Shown piece after piece: positions 26,896-36,473 of a stretch of DNA of 56,038 bases. Within the stretch, counting starts at the first letter, position 1. The number at the start of each line of letters is the position of its first letter. The stretch comes from an uncultured Gemmatimonadota bacterium. Its GTDB lineage: Bacteria > SM23-81 > DAOVCL01. The DNA is taken from NCBI GenBank assembly GCA_964626665.1, contig CAZVGK010000022.1, positions 1-56,038 of the forward strand. Reading direction: 5' to 3'. Below the pieces are notes generated by a model that was given only the letters and a program-made list of their open reading frames with translations, was not told the origin of the DNA and did no database searches. A program made the translations under genes and the position numbers.

Positions 26896-28067
26896 CCCCT
26901 TAATCCAGTGGCTATTTCGTCAAGCATTAGCGAAACCGTGTTCCAGTTGAACCTTTCCTCTACGAATTTTCTGGCCTTAACCCCCAATTCCCTCCGCAAT
27001 CTTTCATCCTTTAAGAGCTTTAGCACTAAATGAGCAAATTCTAAAGGATTATCTGCCACAAATACCCCTTCTTCCACTGATGCGTTGATTCCTTCGTTGC
27101 CAAACTTAGTGGTTACCACCGGTAGCTCCATAGCCATAGCCTCTAAGATTTTATTTTGAATCCCTACTACAAATCGAAGTGGAGCTACAAACAGAGATGC
27201 CATATTATAAAATGGTCTCAAATCCCTTACGAATCCTGTAACAGTAACCAGAGGGTCCTTAGTCAATCTTGAGATTTTGGGTGGGGGATTAGATCCAACC
27301 AAGTATAACTGTGTGGAAGGCAGATCACGCCGAATGGATGGAAGGATCTGGTAATAAAAGTTAAGTGTCGCATCAACGCTCTCCCTTCCCATATAACCAA
27401 CAAATAATAGGGAGTCAGGCAATCGATTTGTTCTTTGAGGTTTAAAATACTCTGTATCCACCCCGTTAGGGATTATTTGAATCATTTCCTTTTTACTTCC
27501 TTCTATTGCCATTTTATCCCACTTAGAAGTTACCCAACACCTATCATAATTTTGAATAAGGTAAGGTTCGTAATTCTTAAGAGAATGATATTCCCGTAAG
27601 AAGATAGCTCTTTCATAGAATTTACTATATCTGCTCATCCTCTTGAAGAAAAGGGAGACGGAATCTGCCAGATCCAAGATGCGGAAGTAATTATTTGATT
27701 TGACAAAGTAAGGCGCCATGCGTAAATGATATACATAGATTATATCTGGCTGAGTATCATCTAAGATGCTTTGCACTTTTGTTCTCATCCTCTTCGATTC
27801 ATAGTAGGAAACTTGAAGGGGGAGGCTATTAAAAGAATACCTTAAAAGCTGGGAGAAAGCCTCTTTTTTGTTGAGCAGAACGGTTTCTACTCGATCAAAA
27901 ACCTTTCTCAGTTCATTAAAGTGTTTTTTTTCTTTGGTAGACTGAATGAAAGATAGCAAATATAGCGTATGTTTATTACTGAGTCTTCGTGCAAAATGAA
28001 AAGGCCTAATTCGGTCCCCTCTATTTAGCGGGAAAGGGAGTCTTGGAGTGAGAAAAAGAATTTTCAT
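26892..28067 (-). CDS. Glycosyltransferase family 4
   Basis: MKILFLTPRLPFPLNRGD start (ATGA overlap with the upstream gene), IPNGVD and GIQNKILEAMA motifs. Confidence 0.88.
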   Translation of the reverse strand: MKILFLTPRLPFPLNRGDRIRPFHFARRLSNKHTLYLLSFIQSTKEKKHFNELRKVFDRVETVLLNKKEAFSQLLRYSFNSLPLQVSYYESKRMRTKVQSILDDTQPDIIYVYHLRMAPYFVKSNNYFRILDLADSVSLFFKRMSRYSKFYERAIFLREYHSLKNYEPYLIQNYDRCWVTSKWDKMAIEGSKKEMIQIIPNGVDTEYFKPQRTNRLPDSLLFVGYMGRESVDATLNFYYQILPSIRRDLPSTQLYLVGSNPPPKISRLTKDPLVTVTGFVRDLRPFYNMASLFVAPLRFVVGIQNKILEAMAMELPVVTTKFGNEGINASVEEGVFVADNPLEFAHLVLKLLKDERLRRELGVKARKFVEERFNWNTVSLMLDEIATGLRG

Positions 28068-28849
28068 ATCAAGCTCTCCCGTGTCCTCCATACCAAGATA
28101 GCTCTCAGAATCCACCAGATACTGCCTAAAATTATCATAAGAAGGAAAATAGACTTAACACGATTTATAATACAACCTAAGGTTAAAAAGAATATTTGAA
28201 GGTCTCTACCAAAAGACAAGTAACCTGGTTTGATAAAATCCTTTAATCCCAAAGATCTATTTAATTTGGTGGCAATTTTTTTCCTTAGAGTGTCTCCATT
28301 TTTGGGCAGTTTACCCAATGAATCAGCGGCATAATTGCCGATTAGTAAGGTAGAAATTAACAGAAATCCCAATATCCAGATGCGCCAATCTTTCGAATGC
28401 TGCCATTGGCCGTAGGTAATTCCGAAAACAACGGCAAATTCTGTTAAGCGATCAAAAAGCCGGTCCAGCCAAGCCCCAAAGGGTGAAGCCATATTTTTAA
28501 ATCGCGCTAGTTCTCCATCTGCACAGTCTAAGACAAAAGAAATCTGGAGCAAAAACGCCCCCATTAGTAAGTAAACATAACTACCTACTGAGAAGAAATA
28601 AGCGGCTCCTAACGCGGTAATAAACGAAAAGATACTAACTTGATTAGGTGTAACTTTCGATTTCGATAACAACCTGACTAAATAAATCGAAATCTTGCTG
28701 TTAAAATTTGTGGCTATTATCCCGTCCTGTGGTTGAATGGCCTTTTTTAATTGTTGCTCAATAGGATCATTGATCTTTACCATTTGCATCTCACATGAAT
28801 ATGAGCTTAGCTCGTTTTGTCTGCAGAGCTCCACATTGGGGTTTAACAA
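28064..28849 (-). CDS. CDP-alcohol phosphotransferase family protein (true start probably near 28789)
   Basis: TPNQVS and the DCADGELAR...GAWLDRLFD signature. Confidence 0.88.
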   Translation of the reverse strand: MLNPNVELCRQNELSSYSCEMQMVKINDPIEQQLKKAIQPQDGIIATNFNSKISIYLVRLLSKSKVTPNQVSIFSFITALGAAYFFSVGSYVYLLMGAFLLQISFVLDCADGELARFKNMASPFGAWLDRLFDRLTEFAVVFGITYGQWQHSKDWRIWILGFLLISTLLIGNYAADSLGKLPKNGDTLRKKIATKLNRSLGLKDFIKPGYLSFGRDLQIFFLTLGCIINRVKSIFLLMIILGSIWWILRAILVWRTRESLI

Positions 28850-28855
28850 TTTGTC

Positions 28856-29998
28856 TTAATGCGTATCAGACTTGGGAACCACCAGAGTCTTTTCATATAC
28901 TTTGAGGGTTTCGCGAGCGCATCTTTCCCAGGAAAAGAACTTGGATCTGGAAAGCCCTCTTCCTCTCATTTTGCTGTAAAGGGCAGAGTCAGTTAGAAGG
29001 TTATAGAGGCTCTTGGCTATGTCTCCCGTATCCAGGGGATTGACAAGCCCCCCTGCATCTCCCACTACCTCTCTCAAGGCGGGGATATTAGAGACTAATA
29101 CTGGTATGCCACAGGCCATAGCCTCTATAGGCGGCAGACCAAACCCTTCATAGAGGGATGGAAAAGCGAGAACCTTGGCCAAATTATAAATTAGAGGAAG
29201 ATCAGCTTCGGGGATGTAGCCCGTAAAGATTATCTGGTCCTGGAAGGAGAGGTCTTTTATTGTCTTCAAAAGTTCAGCATATCCAGAAGCCCTTTTTCCT
29301 GCTATTACAAGCTTGATTTCGCTTAATTGAGAATTTACTTTTAAAACATTCGCATAAGCTTTAACTAAGTTAATTAAATTCTTGCGCGGCTCAATTGCCC
29401 CCAGAGAAAGGATAAACTTCGAGGGTAAATTGTACCTTTTTCTGCAGTCTTCTAAATTTTCCTGATCATAAATTGGCCTGAAGGAATCCTCAACCCCCTC
29501 ATAGACGACATCTATTTTTCCCTCGTCAATCGGCAGATATTCCAAAATGTCCTTTTTGGCACTTTCCGAGATAGCAATAACCCGATCAGCAACTTTAGCT
29601 AATATGGGAGTGATCTTCACGGAATACTTCCAGTAAAGATATGAATCCCTAAGTTCAGGGAACTTAAAGAAAACCATATCGTGAAAAGTGACTACAGATT
29701 TAATATTTAAATGGAGAGGAGGAGTAAAATTGGGGGAATGTAAGAGATCAACCCCATCCTTTTTCAAAAGAGAGGGGAAAAGGAAGTTTAACCATAGCAA
29801 ATAAAGAGGTTTTCTTATCCACCTCTTTTGGATTTTTTGTAGAGGTGGATATAGCAGTTCATTCTTCCTTTCGTCATCATAAAGGAGAATTTCATCCTCT
29901 GGGAGGATCTTCTTCAAATGCCGGTAAAGGTTCTCAGTGTAATTGCCCACTCCAGTTTTTTCTTTTAATAGTAGCCTGCCGTTGATGCCTATCCGCAT
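28856..29998 (-). CDS. Glycosyltransferase family 4
   Basis: TGVGNY, EPRKN and FPSLYEGFGLPPIEAMACG motifs. Confidence 0.92.
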   Translation of the reverse strand: MRIGINGRLLLKEKTGVGNYTENLYRHLKKILPEDEILLYDDERKNELLYPPLQKIQKRWIRKPLYLLWLNFLFPSLLKKDGVDLLHSPNFTPPLHLNIKSVVTFHDMVFFKFPELRDSYLYWKYSVKITPILAKVADRVIAISESAKKDILEYLPIDEGKIDVVYEGVEDSFRPIYDQENLEDCRKRYNLPSKFILSLGAIEPRKNLINLVKAYANVLKVNSQLSEIKLVIAGKRASGYAELLKTIKDLSFQDQIIFTGYIPEADLPLIYNLAKVLAFPSLYEGFGLPPIEAMACGIPVLVSNIPALREVVGDAGGLVNPLDTGDIAKSLYNLLTDSALYSKMRGRGLSRSKFFSWERCARETLKVYEKTLVVPKSDTH

Positions 29999-31140
29999 TA
30001 TTTTATCTCCCTCCCGCTGAGGGCATCCTCATATACAGCCATCGTTTTCTCTATCATTTTCTCTTCAGTGAATTCTTTTTCCACTATGCGGCGCGATGCC
30101 TTCCCCATCAATTTCCTTTTGGTCTTATTTTGCAGAAGTTTGAGAATAGCTTTAGCAAGTTCTTGAGAGCTCTGAAGGGGAACAAGGTAGCCGTTAATTC
30201 CCTCTCTAACTATTTCCTTTACACCTCCCACATCAGTAGCCACTATTGGCTTCCCGAATCCCATTGCCTCTAAAATAGAATAGGGTAAAGCCTCTGACAG
30301 GGATGGTAGGACGAAAATGTCCATAATGGAGATCCATTTCAGGGGATCCTTTTGAAATCCAACAAAATGGATTATACCATCGCCTCCATAATCTAAGGCC
30401 ATATTCTCGAATTTGTCCTTTTGGGGACCATCCCCAACTATCAGGAATTTTACATGTTTACAATTCTGAACTATTAAAGGGAATGCCTCCAAAAGGTATC
30501 TTATGCCCTTCATCTCCGAAAGTCTGCTTACAGTCCCCACTACCAAATCATTGGCTTCAATTTGCAATTTACCTCTCAGATTCGTATGATTGATGATTTC
30601 GAATTCCTTTAAATCGACTCCATTGTGTATAGTAACAAATTTCTGTTTGCCTTTCGAATTTGTCAAATTCTTTTTTAAGAAATCAGAAACACAAATAGTT
30701 TTATCCACAGATTTAGTTAGGAGGCGAATAAAACCGCCGGCTCTTTGAGGGAGATATCCGGTGTGGAAAGTCCAAACTACAGGGGTTCCATTTATCTTTG
30801 CTGCTAAGAGTGAGGAAAGTAATGAGAAGGTGCCGTTGGCGTGGATCAGACTAACATTTTTCCTTCTAAATATCTGTCTTAAGCGGAAGATTGTTGTTAA
30901 TTGACCTTTCACAAATTTGAGCATCAGAATTGGATTATAGGATCTTCTGATAAAACCGAGTGGAAGAGCGTTAACGCCAACATCAGTCCCCTTAAAGTAA
31001 TTATAGATGGCTGAATTGGGCTGACAGATGACTATTGGTCTAACTAAATTCTTGATTTTTGTTAAGAGATGTAGCAAATATACCTGACTTCCCCCAATAA
31101 AATCGCTATATTCTATATAAGCAATGGTAGGTTTTTGCAC
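29998..31140 (-). CDS. Glycosyltransferase family 4
   Basis: GGSQ, IHNGVD and PSLSEALPYSILEAM...TDVGG motifs. Confidence 0.9.
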   Translation of the reverse strand: MQKPTIAYIEYSDFIGGSQVYLLHLLTKIKNLVRPIVICQPNSAIYNYFKGTDVGVNALPLGFIRRSYNPILMLKFVKGQLTTIFRLRQIFRRKNVSLIHANGTFSLLSSLLAAKINGTPVVWTFHTGYLPQRAGGFIRLLTKSVDKTICVSDFLKKNLTNSKGKQKFVTIHNGVDLKEFEIINHTNLRGKLQIEANDLVVGTVSRLSEMKGIRYLLEAFPLIVQNCKHVKFLIVGDGPQKDKFENMALDYGGDGIIHFVGFQKDPLKWISIMDIFVLPSLSEALPYSILEAMGFGKPIVATDVGGVKEIVREGINGYLVPLQSSQELAKAILKLLQNKTKRKLMGKASRRIVEKEFTEEKMIEKTMAVYEDALSGREIK

Positions 31141-32522
31141 TATGGTTTACAAGTTTTGGTATGTTTTATAATCCCATTTACACTTAGATTCATATGGGAA
31201 AACCTATGCATCACAAAAGATAAAGCGATGAGAACCCAAAGATGTTTTAGTGTCAGTGCACTCAAAAAGAAAGACCCCACCAAATAACCTAAGAGAGCGG
31301 ATTGGATTCCTATCACAATTACGGCTTCATCTCTTTTGTGATGCCGCATATCAAGCCGGTATGACATCTCTAAGGAGTTAAAAACCAAAAATATAAAAAT
31401 AATAAAAGAGAAAAAACCGAAGATACCCATCTCGCAGGCTATCTCCAAAGGCGTATTATGGGAGAAATAATGGCTTACCAAAGATGAGGCCGTAGAATAT
31501 AGACCTACTTGATTAGTAAAACTGCCGATCCCTACACCTAATATAGGGTGACTAAGAAACATCTTCAAACCTGCCAAAAGAATCAAATATCTATGATATG
31601 ATGAAGCGGTTCGAGAAGGATTAAAGAAATCTTTACTTGTTATAACCAAATGAAATACATCACCCGCTATATAATTTAGAATGAAACCCGCTATCACGAG
31701 GAGAAATAAATAACGAAATCTCTTGTTCTGCCTGAAAATGAAATAAAGCAAAGCTATCGCCAAAGCAATCACCCCACCTCTAGAAAGGGCCGCAATTGAC
31801 CCCAAGAAAGATATAGCAAAGAGGGAAGAGAATAAAATCTTTAGGGCGATCGACTCTTGAGTAAATATCATAGATAAAGTGATGATTGAAAGGGGCAAAA
31901 GTGTAAGGGCAAAAAAATTGGGATCTCCCATTAGCCCTTCTGCCCGATATAATTGCTCTGTAAAAACTTGGTGAAGCCCAAGAGCACCAGAAGCAGTCCC
32001 GCTTAGAGCTAAACTCCAAAGGAAAACCTTTAACTTCCGTTTATTATCAATCAGATAGGTAACCATCCATAAAAACAAAATGCAAAAGCACAATTCCAAA
32101 AAGGCTAAAAGAGATGGGCCGAAATTTTTGCCAAAGATTACTGACAGAGAAGCAGTACTTAAGAAGAAGATAAGTACCTTAATTTCCCTTGATATCTTAA
32201 TCTTAAAGGCTTGACCATTTATAGCCACATGCAAAAAAATTCCTAAAATGGTTAATATTCCTATTACCCTTGCTATGACTATATTTCCTAAATGGGGGAG
32301 GGGAACCCTGAGAGGAATAGCAAATACGGACAAAATTAGCCCCCAGAAAGGTTTATACAAAATACCCAATAGAAGGATGGTTCCTAGAATGGCTCCCAAC
32401 AAAAGGCCTCCCATCCCGGTATAAAACCCTACCACTAAAACTTCCGAGAGTAGGAGAATCCAAAATCCCTTCCGGGTTAAAACGATGGATGTTGTCTGTC
32501 CTTGGTTATAAACTGCTTCCAT
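31140..32522 (-). CDS. O-antigen ligase/polymerase (Wzy_C) family protein
   Basis: Many TM helices, RAEG..GDPNFFA, SRGG, HPILGVGIG and SHNTPLEIACEMG motifs. Confidence 0.85.
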   Translation of the reverse strand: MEAVYNQGQTTSIVLTRKGFWILLLSEVLVVGFYTGMGGLLLGAILGTILLLGILYKPFWGLILSVFAIPLRVPLPHLGNIVIARVIGILTILGIFLHVAINGQAFKIKISREIKVLIFFLSTASLSVIFGKNFGPSLLAFLELCFCILFLWMVTYLIDNKRKLKVFLWSLALSGTASGALGLHQVFTEQLYRAEGLMGDPNFFALTLLPLSIITLSMIFTQESIALKILFSSLFAISFLGSIAALSRGGVIALAIALLYFIFRQNKRFRYLFLLVIAGFILNYIAGDVFHLVITSKDFFNPSRTASSYHRYLILLAGLKMFLSHPILGVGIGSFTNQVGLYSTASSLVSHYFSHNTPLEIACEMGIFGFFSFIIFIFLVFNSLEMSYRLDMRHHKRDEAVIVIGIQSALLGYLVGSFFLSALTLKHLWVLIALSFVMHRFSHMNLSVNGIIKHTKTCKP

Positions 32523-32565
32523 AAAGTAACCTCTTGAAAAACGAGAGAATCCTCCCTTAGCAACC

Positions 32566-33561
32566 CTATTGAGCTATTGACTGGCCATGAGTCCTATCAT
32601 TTTGGGGAAGTAGTTTGGAGATAAGAACCCATAAGGTTATTATCTGTTTCAGAAAAAAGAGGAAGGAGAATAATATGGATACCTTTAGATTTTTTACTCG
32701 GAAGAGGGGCGTGAGATAGTGAACTAAACCGATTAACAAATAGGAGAAAGATATAATAATCCCTATTCTTAGATTAAAGGCCAAACAACCCAGAAGAGTA
32801 GCTGCTATCCAGCAGAAGAAACCGATATAAGTATTTTTAAAATGTTTTCTCATCAACCTGTGTCATTTTTTAGATACCAAATCCCACCTTCGGATATTGG
32901 CCATCCTCCAGGAAAACTCTTTTGGACTATATGAGGAGGGATGGTTTACCTTCAAATCTGGGTTGTACTTCACTTTTATACCTTTGTCCAACGCCTTGCA
33001 TTGGAACAACCTGTCATAGCTTACCCTTATATCCTCGTCAAAACCACCTATGGTCTGAAAGGCCTTCTTAGAATAAAAAAAATTGGTCCCCGCAAGGCAA
33101 GGAAGCCTATAATTGTTTTCGTCAAAAACAAGCTCTCTCTGAGGAAAAACCTCCAAGGCATACGATGCCTGTTCAAAGATGTTACGAGGATTTATCTCGT
33201 AAGGCCCTCCCACAATATCCGCCCCTTCAAATTTCTCATTGGCCACTTCCAACCAATTGCGTGGGGCTTGAGCATCTGCATCTATTATCCCTATCCAATT
33301 TGAACTGCTCTTCTCAGTGGCAAAGTTCATACAGTAAGGGGCACCCATATTTTGGTCCATTCGGAAGACTTTTACCCTCCCATCCCTCTTGACAAACTCT
33401 TTTGCTATCTGGTAGCTTCTATCTTTAGAGAAATCGTCAACAACCAAAATATCATAATTGGTGTAGGTCTGACAAAGAAGGGACTCTACAGTTTTGACAA
33501 TAGTCTTCTCACCGTTATAGACAGGGACGATAATAGAGATCTTGGGTTTTGGATTTAGCAT
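32566..33561 (-). pseudogene. GT2 glycosyltransferase interrupted by an in-frame TGA at 32863-32865
   Basis: The GT2 domain (SIIVPVYN, VDDFSKD, DAD) ends at AAA TGA CAC AGG TTG ATG; the downstream TM-rich ORF continues in the same frame. Confidence 0.7.
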
Positions 33562-33567
33562 CTTTTT

Positions 33568-34410
33568 TCAATATTTTCCTTTTGCCGAGGGATCTCCAAA
33601 AAGTTTTAGATAGCGGTGGCGAATTTTATCACCTTTAACTATCTTCAGAGTCCTATAAACACAAACCAGAGGAAAGAGCAGACCATAAAAGGTGAGCAAC
33701 ACGAGGTAGAAGAGGGAACGGATTTGATTTGGGGAGGAGAAAAATACTGTAACCAAGACAATGACTGCAACTAAAACCATCACTGATGTGTAACTAAATA
33801 GGTTGCCCGCTATTTGTAGCAACAGTTTATTCTTTCCGCTTGTGACTGTAAAGGAATTTTTTAAAGGTAGCACTACTGGTGCACTGCGGTCACTTAAACC
33901 AATTCTCTTTTTGAAGACCTCTATTATTGCGGAATCCTGACATCCTAGACTCAACTGTTTTTCTAAGACGATGGACAACGATGCTGAGAAGGCCAGGGCG
34001 AAGATGCCTATCTTGGGTATCCCCTGATAGGCGGCAAAGGCCAAGCAGAGGAAGGTTAGTGGATCAACCAAACAATGTCCCACCAAATCCAAGAAGAGGC
34101 CGTTTATGCTGGATTGTTTCTTGACCCTGGCTAGTTCCCCATCCACACAGTCGAAGACAAACCAGAGTTGGAGGAAGAGGACCCCGACTAGGGAGAGGCC
34201 AACCCTGTTGAAGGCCAGAAGGATGCTGCCGGCTACCCCGAAGCCAATGGAGAGAAGAGTGGCCTGGTTGGGGGTCACACCCAGGGGGAGAAGGAGCCGC
34301 GTGAAGTAGATGGAGATCCTCCTCCCCACCAGCTTTCCATACCAGCCATCGTGGGTGCGAGCTGGCACCTGGCCCAATTTTCTTAATTGTTTTATTGAGT
34401 AATTCTCCAT
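33568..34410 (-). CDS. CDP-alcohol phosphotransferase family protein (second copy)
   Basis: TPNQAT and DCVDGELAR...GLFLDLVGH motifs. Confidence 0.85.
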   Translation of the reverse strand: MENYSIKQLRKLGQVPARTHDGWYGKLVGRRISIYFTRLLLPLGVTPNQATLLSIGFGVAGSILLAFNRVGLSLVGVLFLQLWFVFDCVDGELARVKKQSSINGLFLDLVGHCLVDPLTFLCLAFAAYQGIPKIGIFALAFSASLSIVLEKQLSLGCQDSAIIEVFKKRIGLSDRSAPVVLPLKNSFTVTSGKNKLLLQIAGNLFSYTSVMVLVAVIVLVTVFFSSPNQIRSLFYLVLLTFYGLLFPLVCVYRTLKIVKGDKIRHRYLKLFGDPSAKGKY

Positions 34411-34476
34411 TACTTAAACCGGATTATGCGTTAAAAAACTACGAGATTATCAGAATTTACTCGCCTGCGTCAGGAC

Positions 34477-34680
34477 TTTTCTGACAGGGTAACAGGATTT
34501 ACAGGATTTTTATCCCTAACTATACAAGAAAACGCAGAATAACACAGAAATACCAAAAAGTTAGAATGACGATTTATTGAGTCATACTTCTTTAGGATCT
34601 CCTGCCATTTTGGTGCCTTCAGTGTTTAATGGATGATAAGGTTGCTTATCCTGTTCATCCTGTCTATCCCGTCTAAAAAT
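34477..34680. repeat. ACAGGAT-family inverted-repeat element, copy 2
   Basis: TTTTCTGACAGGGTAACAGGATTTACAGGATTT ... ATCCTGTTCATCCTGTCTATCCCGTCTAAAAA. Confidence 0.65.
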
Positions 34681-34686
34681 CACAGG

Positions 34687-35742
34687 TCAAAACCCTTTAC
34701 AGATTCCGGTCTCCAGCAAAGCCTCTTTGGCCTTCTTTTCATCAACCCCTATCTTCTCCAGGATGGTATATCTCCCCGGACGGGTTTGGGGGGCCAGGAG
34801 CATGGCTTGAACTAACTCCCGGGGGGAGAGGCCAAGCCCTTCGGCGGTGAGAGGTAGTCCCAGGGCAGCTAAAAAATCTTTGAGAGATGCAAAATCTCCT
34901 CCCCGGAGATAGGTCGTTAAAATGGTTCCCAAGGCCACCTGCTCCCCGTGCAGGGCGGGCTGGGATGCCACCCTGTCCAAGCTATGGCTTATCTCATGCT
35001 CACCCCCGCTACAGGGCCTGGAGGAGCCGGCTATCCCCATACTTACTCCGCTTAAGACCAGACCGTTTATCAGTCTGGAGAGGAAGTTTAGATCAGCTAG
35101 GTTTGGTTGAGCAAAGCTCAAAACTGCCTCTGCCCCGGCTTCGGCGAGCAAGGCGGCGAAGTTGTCGAACCTGTCTTTTCCCTCTCGATAGGCAAGCCTC
35201 CAGTCCTCCACTGCCGAAAGGTTGGAGATGAGATCACCCACCCCTGCTCGGATCATTCTCAAAGGGGCATCTTTAATTACCCCCAGGTCAGCGATTACCC
35301 CCAAGGGCATCTTCGCCCCCAAGCTCATACTCCTCCCTTCGGATTTGATCACCGCTATGGGGGAGGAGATGCCATCGTTGGAGGAGACGGTGGGGATGCT
35401 TAGGAAATTCACGTTTTCCAAGTAAGCGGCATACTTCCCCACATCTAAGACTGATCCCCCTCCCACCCCCACGACCACATCTGGGAGGTGACCCCCGATT
35501 GCCTCCCGCACCGTAGATACGGCGTCGAGGCTATTCCCCTCTATCAGGGATTCCAGGACCTGAGAGCCCGCGGAGAGCCTCTTGCAGACCCTTTCCCCAG
35601 CAACCCCGTAGGTTGTCTGGTCGTAGAGGACAAGGGCTCTCTGAAAGGAGAGGCTGTGGGAGAGCAGTACCTCGGGGAGCCTATCGATTAATCCCTCTCC
35701 AATCTCCAACACCAGAGGGATGCTTATATCGCGGGAGATCAC
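34687..35742 (-). CDS. Glycerol-1-phosphate dehydrogenase-like (EgsA/AraM/Gtp1 family)
   Basis: GVGGGSVLDVGKY, PTVSSNDGISSP, SSRPCSGGEHEISH and LHGEQV motifs. Confidence 0.85.
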   Translation of the reverse strand: MISRDISIPLVLEIGEGLIDRLPEVLLSHSLSFQRALVLYDQTTYGVAGERVCKRLSAGSQVLESLIEGNSLDAVSTVREAIGGHLPDVVVGVGGGSVLDVGKYAAYLENVNFLSIPTVSSNDGISSPIAVIKSEGRSMSLGAKMPLGVIADLGVIKDAPLRMIRAGVGDLISNLSAVEDWRLAYREGKDRFDNFAALLAEAGAEAVLSFAQPNLADLNFLSRLINGLVLSGVSMGIAGSSRPCSGGEHEISHSLDRVASQPALHGEQVALGTILTTYLRGGDFASLKDFLAALGLPLTAEGLGLSPRELVQAMLLAPQTRPGRYTILEKIGVDEKKAKEALLETGICKGF

Positions 35743-35744
35743 GG

Positions 35745-36473
35745 CTAATTCTCTTTTAATTGAGGCCAGATCTGGCCCCGGGCCTTCTCCAAATCCGCAA
35801 AGTCATCGATCTCCACCCAGGGTTCCCCGCGGAAGCGGACTCCATAGAGGGGATAGTTCTGGGCCAAAAGGTCAATTCCGGCCTCGTAAAACTGGTCCAC
35901 CTTTCCCTCCTTAATTAAGTGGTCAAGTCTCCCCTTGAGCTTCTCCGCCCCCTGGCGAGAGAACTTGGCTATTCCAATATACTCCCCATTCGCCTGGGAA
36001 GGGGGGATCTCCTTACTTATCTGGCTTATTTGCTGGTCCTCATTTAGCCTCACCTTCATTTCCTCTTTCCCTAAGGCCTTTCCCTCGTCGATGAGGAGGA
36101 CATCCCGGGGGGAGGCTTCCACTATCCTCCTTACCAGGGTGGGGCCACAGAAAAGGTCGGAGTTGTAGATAAGGCAATCATCGGCCACTTCCTGGAGAGC
36201 CAACCAGAGGGAGTAGCAGTTGTTCATCTCGGTATAGTGGGAGTTGTAAAGGATACTTATGTTTCCATCCGGAAAGGTGTTGAGCAGATCCCCCACGGCC
36301 TCCGCCCTATGGCCGGTGACAACCAGAATCTTCCCTATCCCTGCGCCCTTGATGTTTTCTATGATTTGGGAGAGGAGGGGTTCGCCCCCTATCTCCAGCA
36401 TACATTTGGGACGGTCCTTGGTCAGCGGATAGAGTCGGCGGCCGACCCCTGCGGCCAATATTATTGCTTCCAT
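35745..36473 (-). CDS. LicC/Gtp2-like sugar- or polyol-phosphate cytidylyltransferase
   Basis: ILAAGVGRRL..T..RPKC, EEMKV, GEYIGI and WVEIDDFADL motifs. Confidence 0.85.
   Translation of the reverse strand: MEAIILAAGVGRRLYPLTKDRPKCMLEIGGEPLLSQIIENIKGAGIGKILVVTGHRAEAVGDLLNTFPDGNISILYNSHYTEMNNCYSLWLALQEVADDCLIYNSDLFCGPTLVRRIVEASPRDVLLIDEGKALGKEEMKVRLNEDQQISQISKEIPPSQANGEYIGIAKFSRQGAEKLKGRLDHLIKEGKVDQFYEAGIDLLAQNYPLYGVRFRGEPWVEIDDFADLEKARGQIWPQLKEN

Noticed and set aside
32863-32865. Selenocysteine or genetic-code reassignment of TGA
   Set aside because: It is not a redox-site context, no SECIS-like hairpin was recognised, and many neighbouring genes end in TGA.
17153-35742. Archaeal-type ether lipid pathway (G1PDH + UbiA as DGGGP synthase)
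   Set aside because: There is no GGGP synthase in the window. The dehydrogenase is paired with a cytidylyltransferase in a glycan locus 17 kb away, and the UbiA subfamily cannot be assigned by eye.
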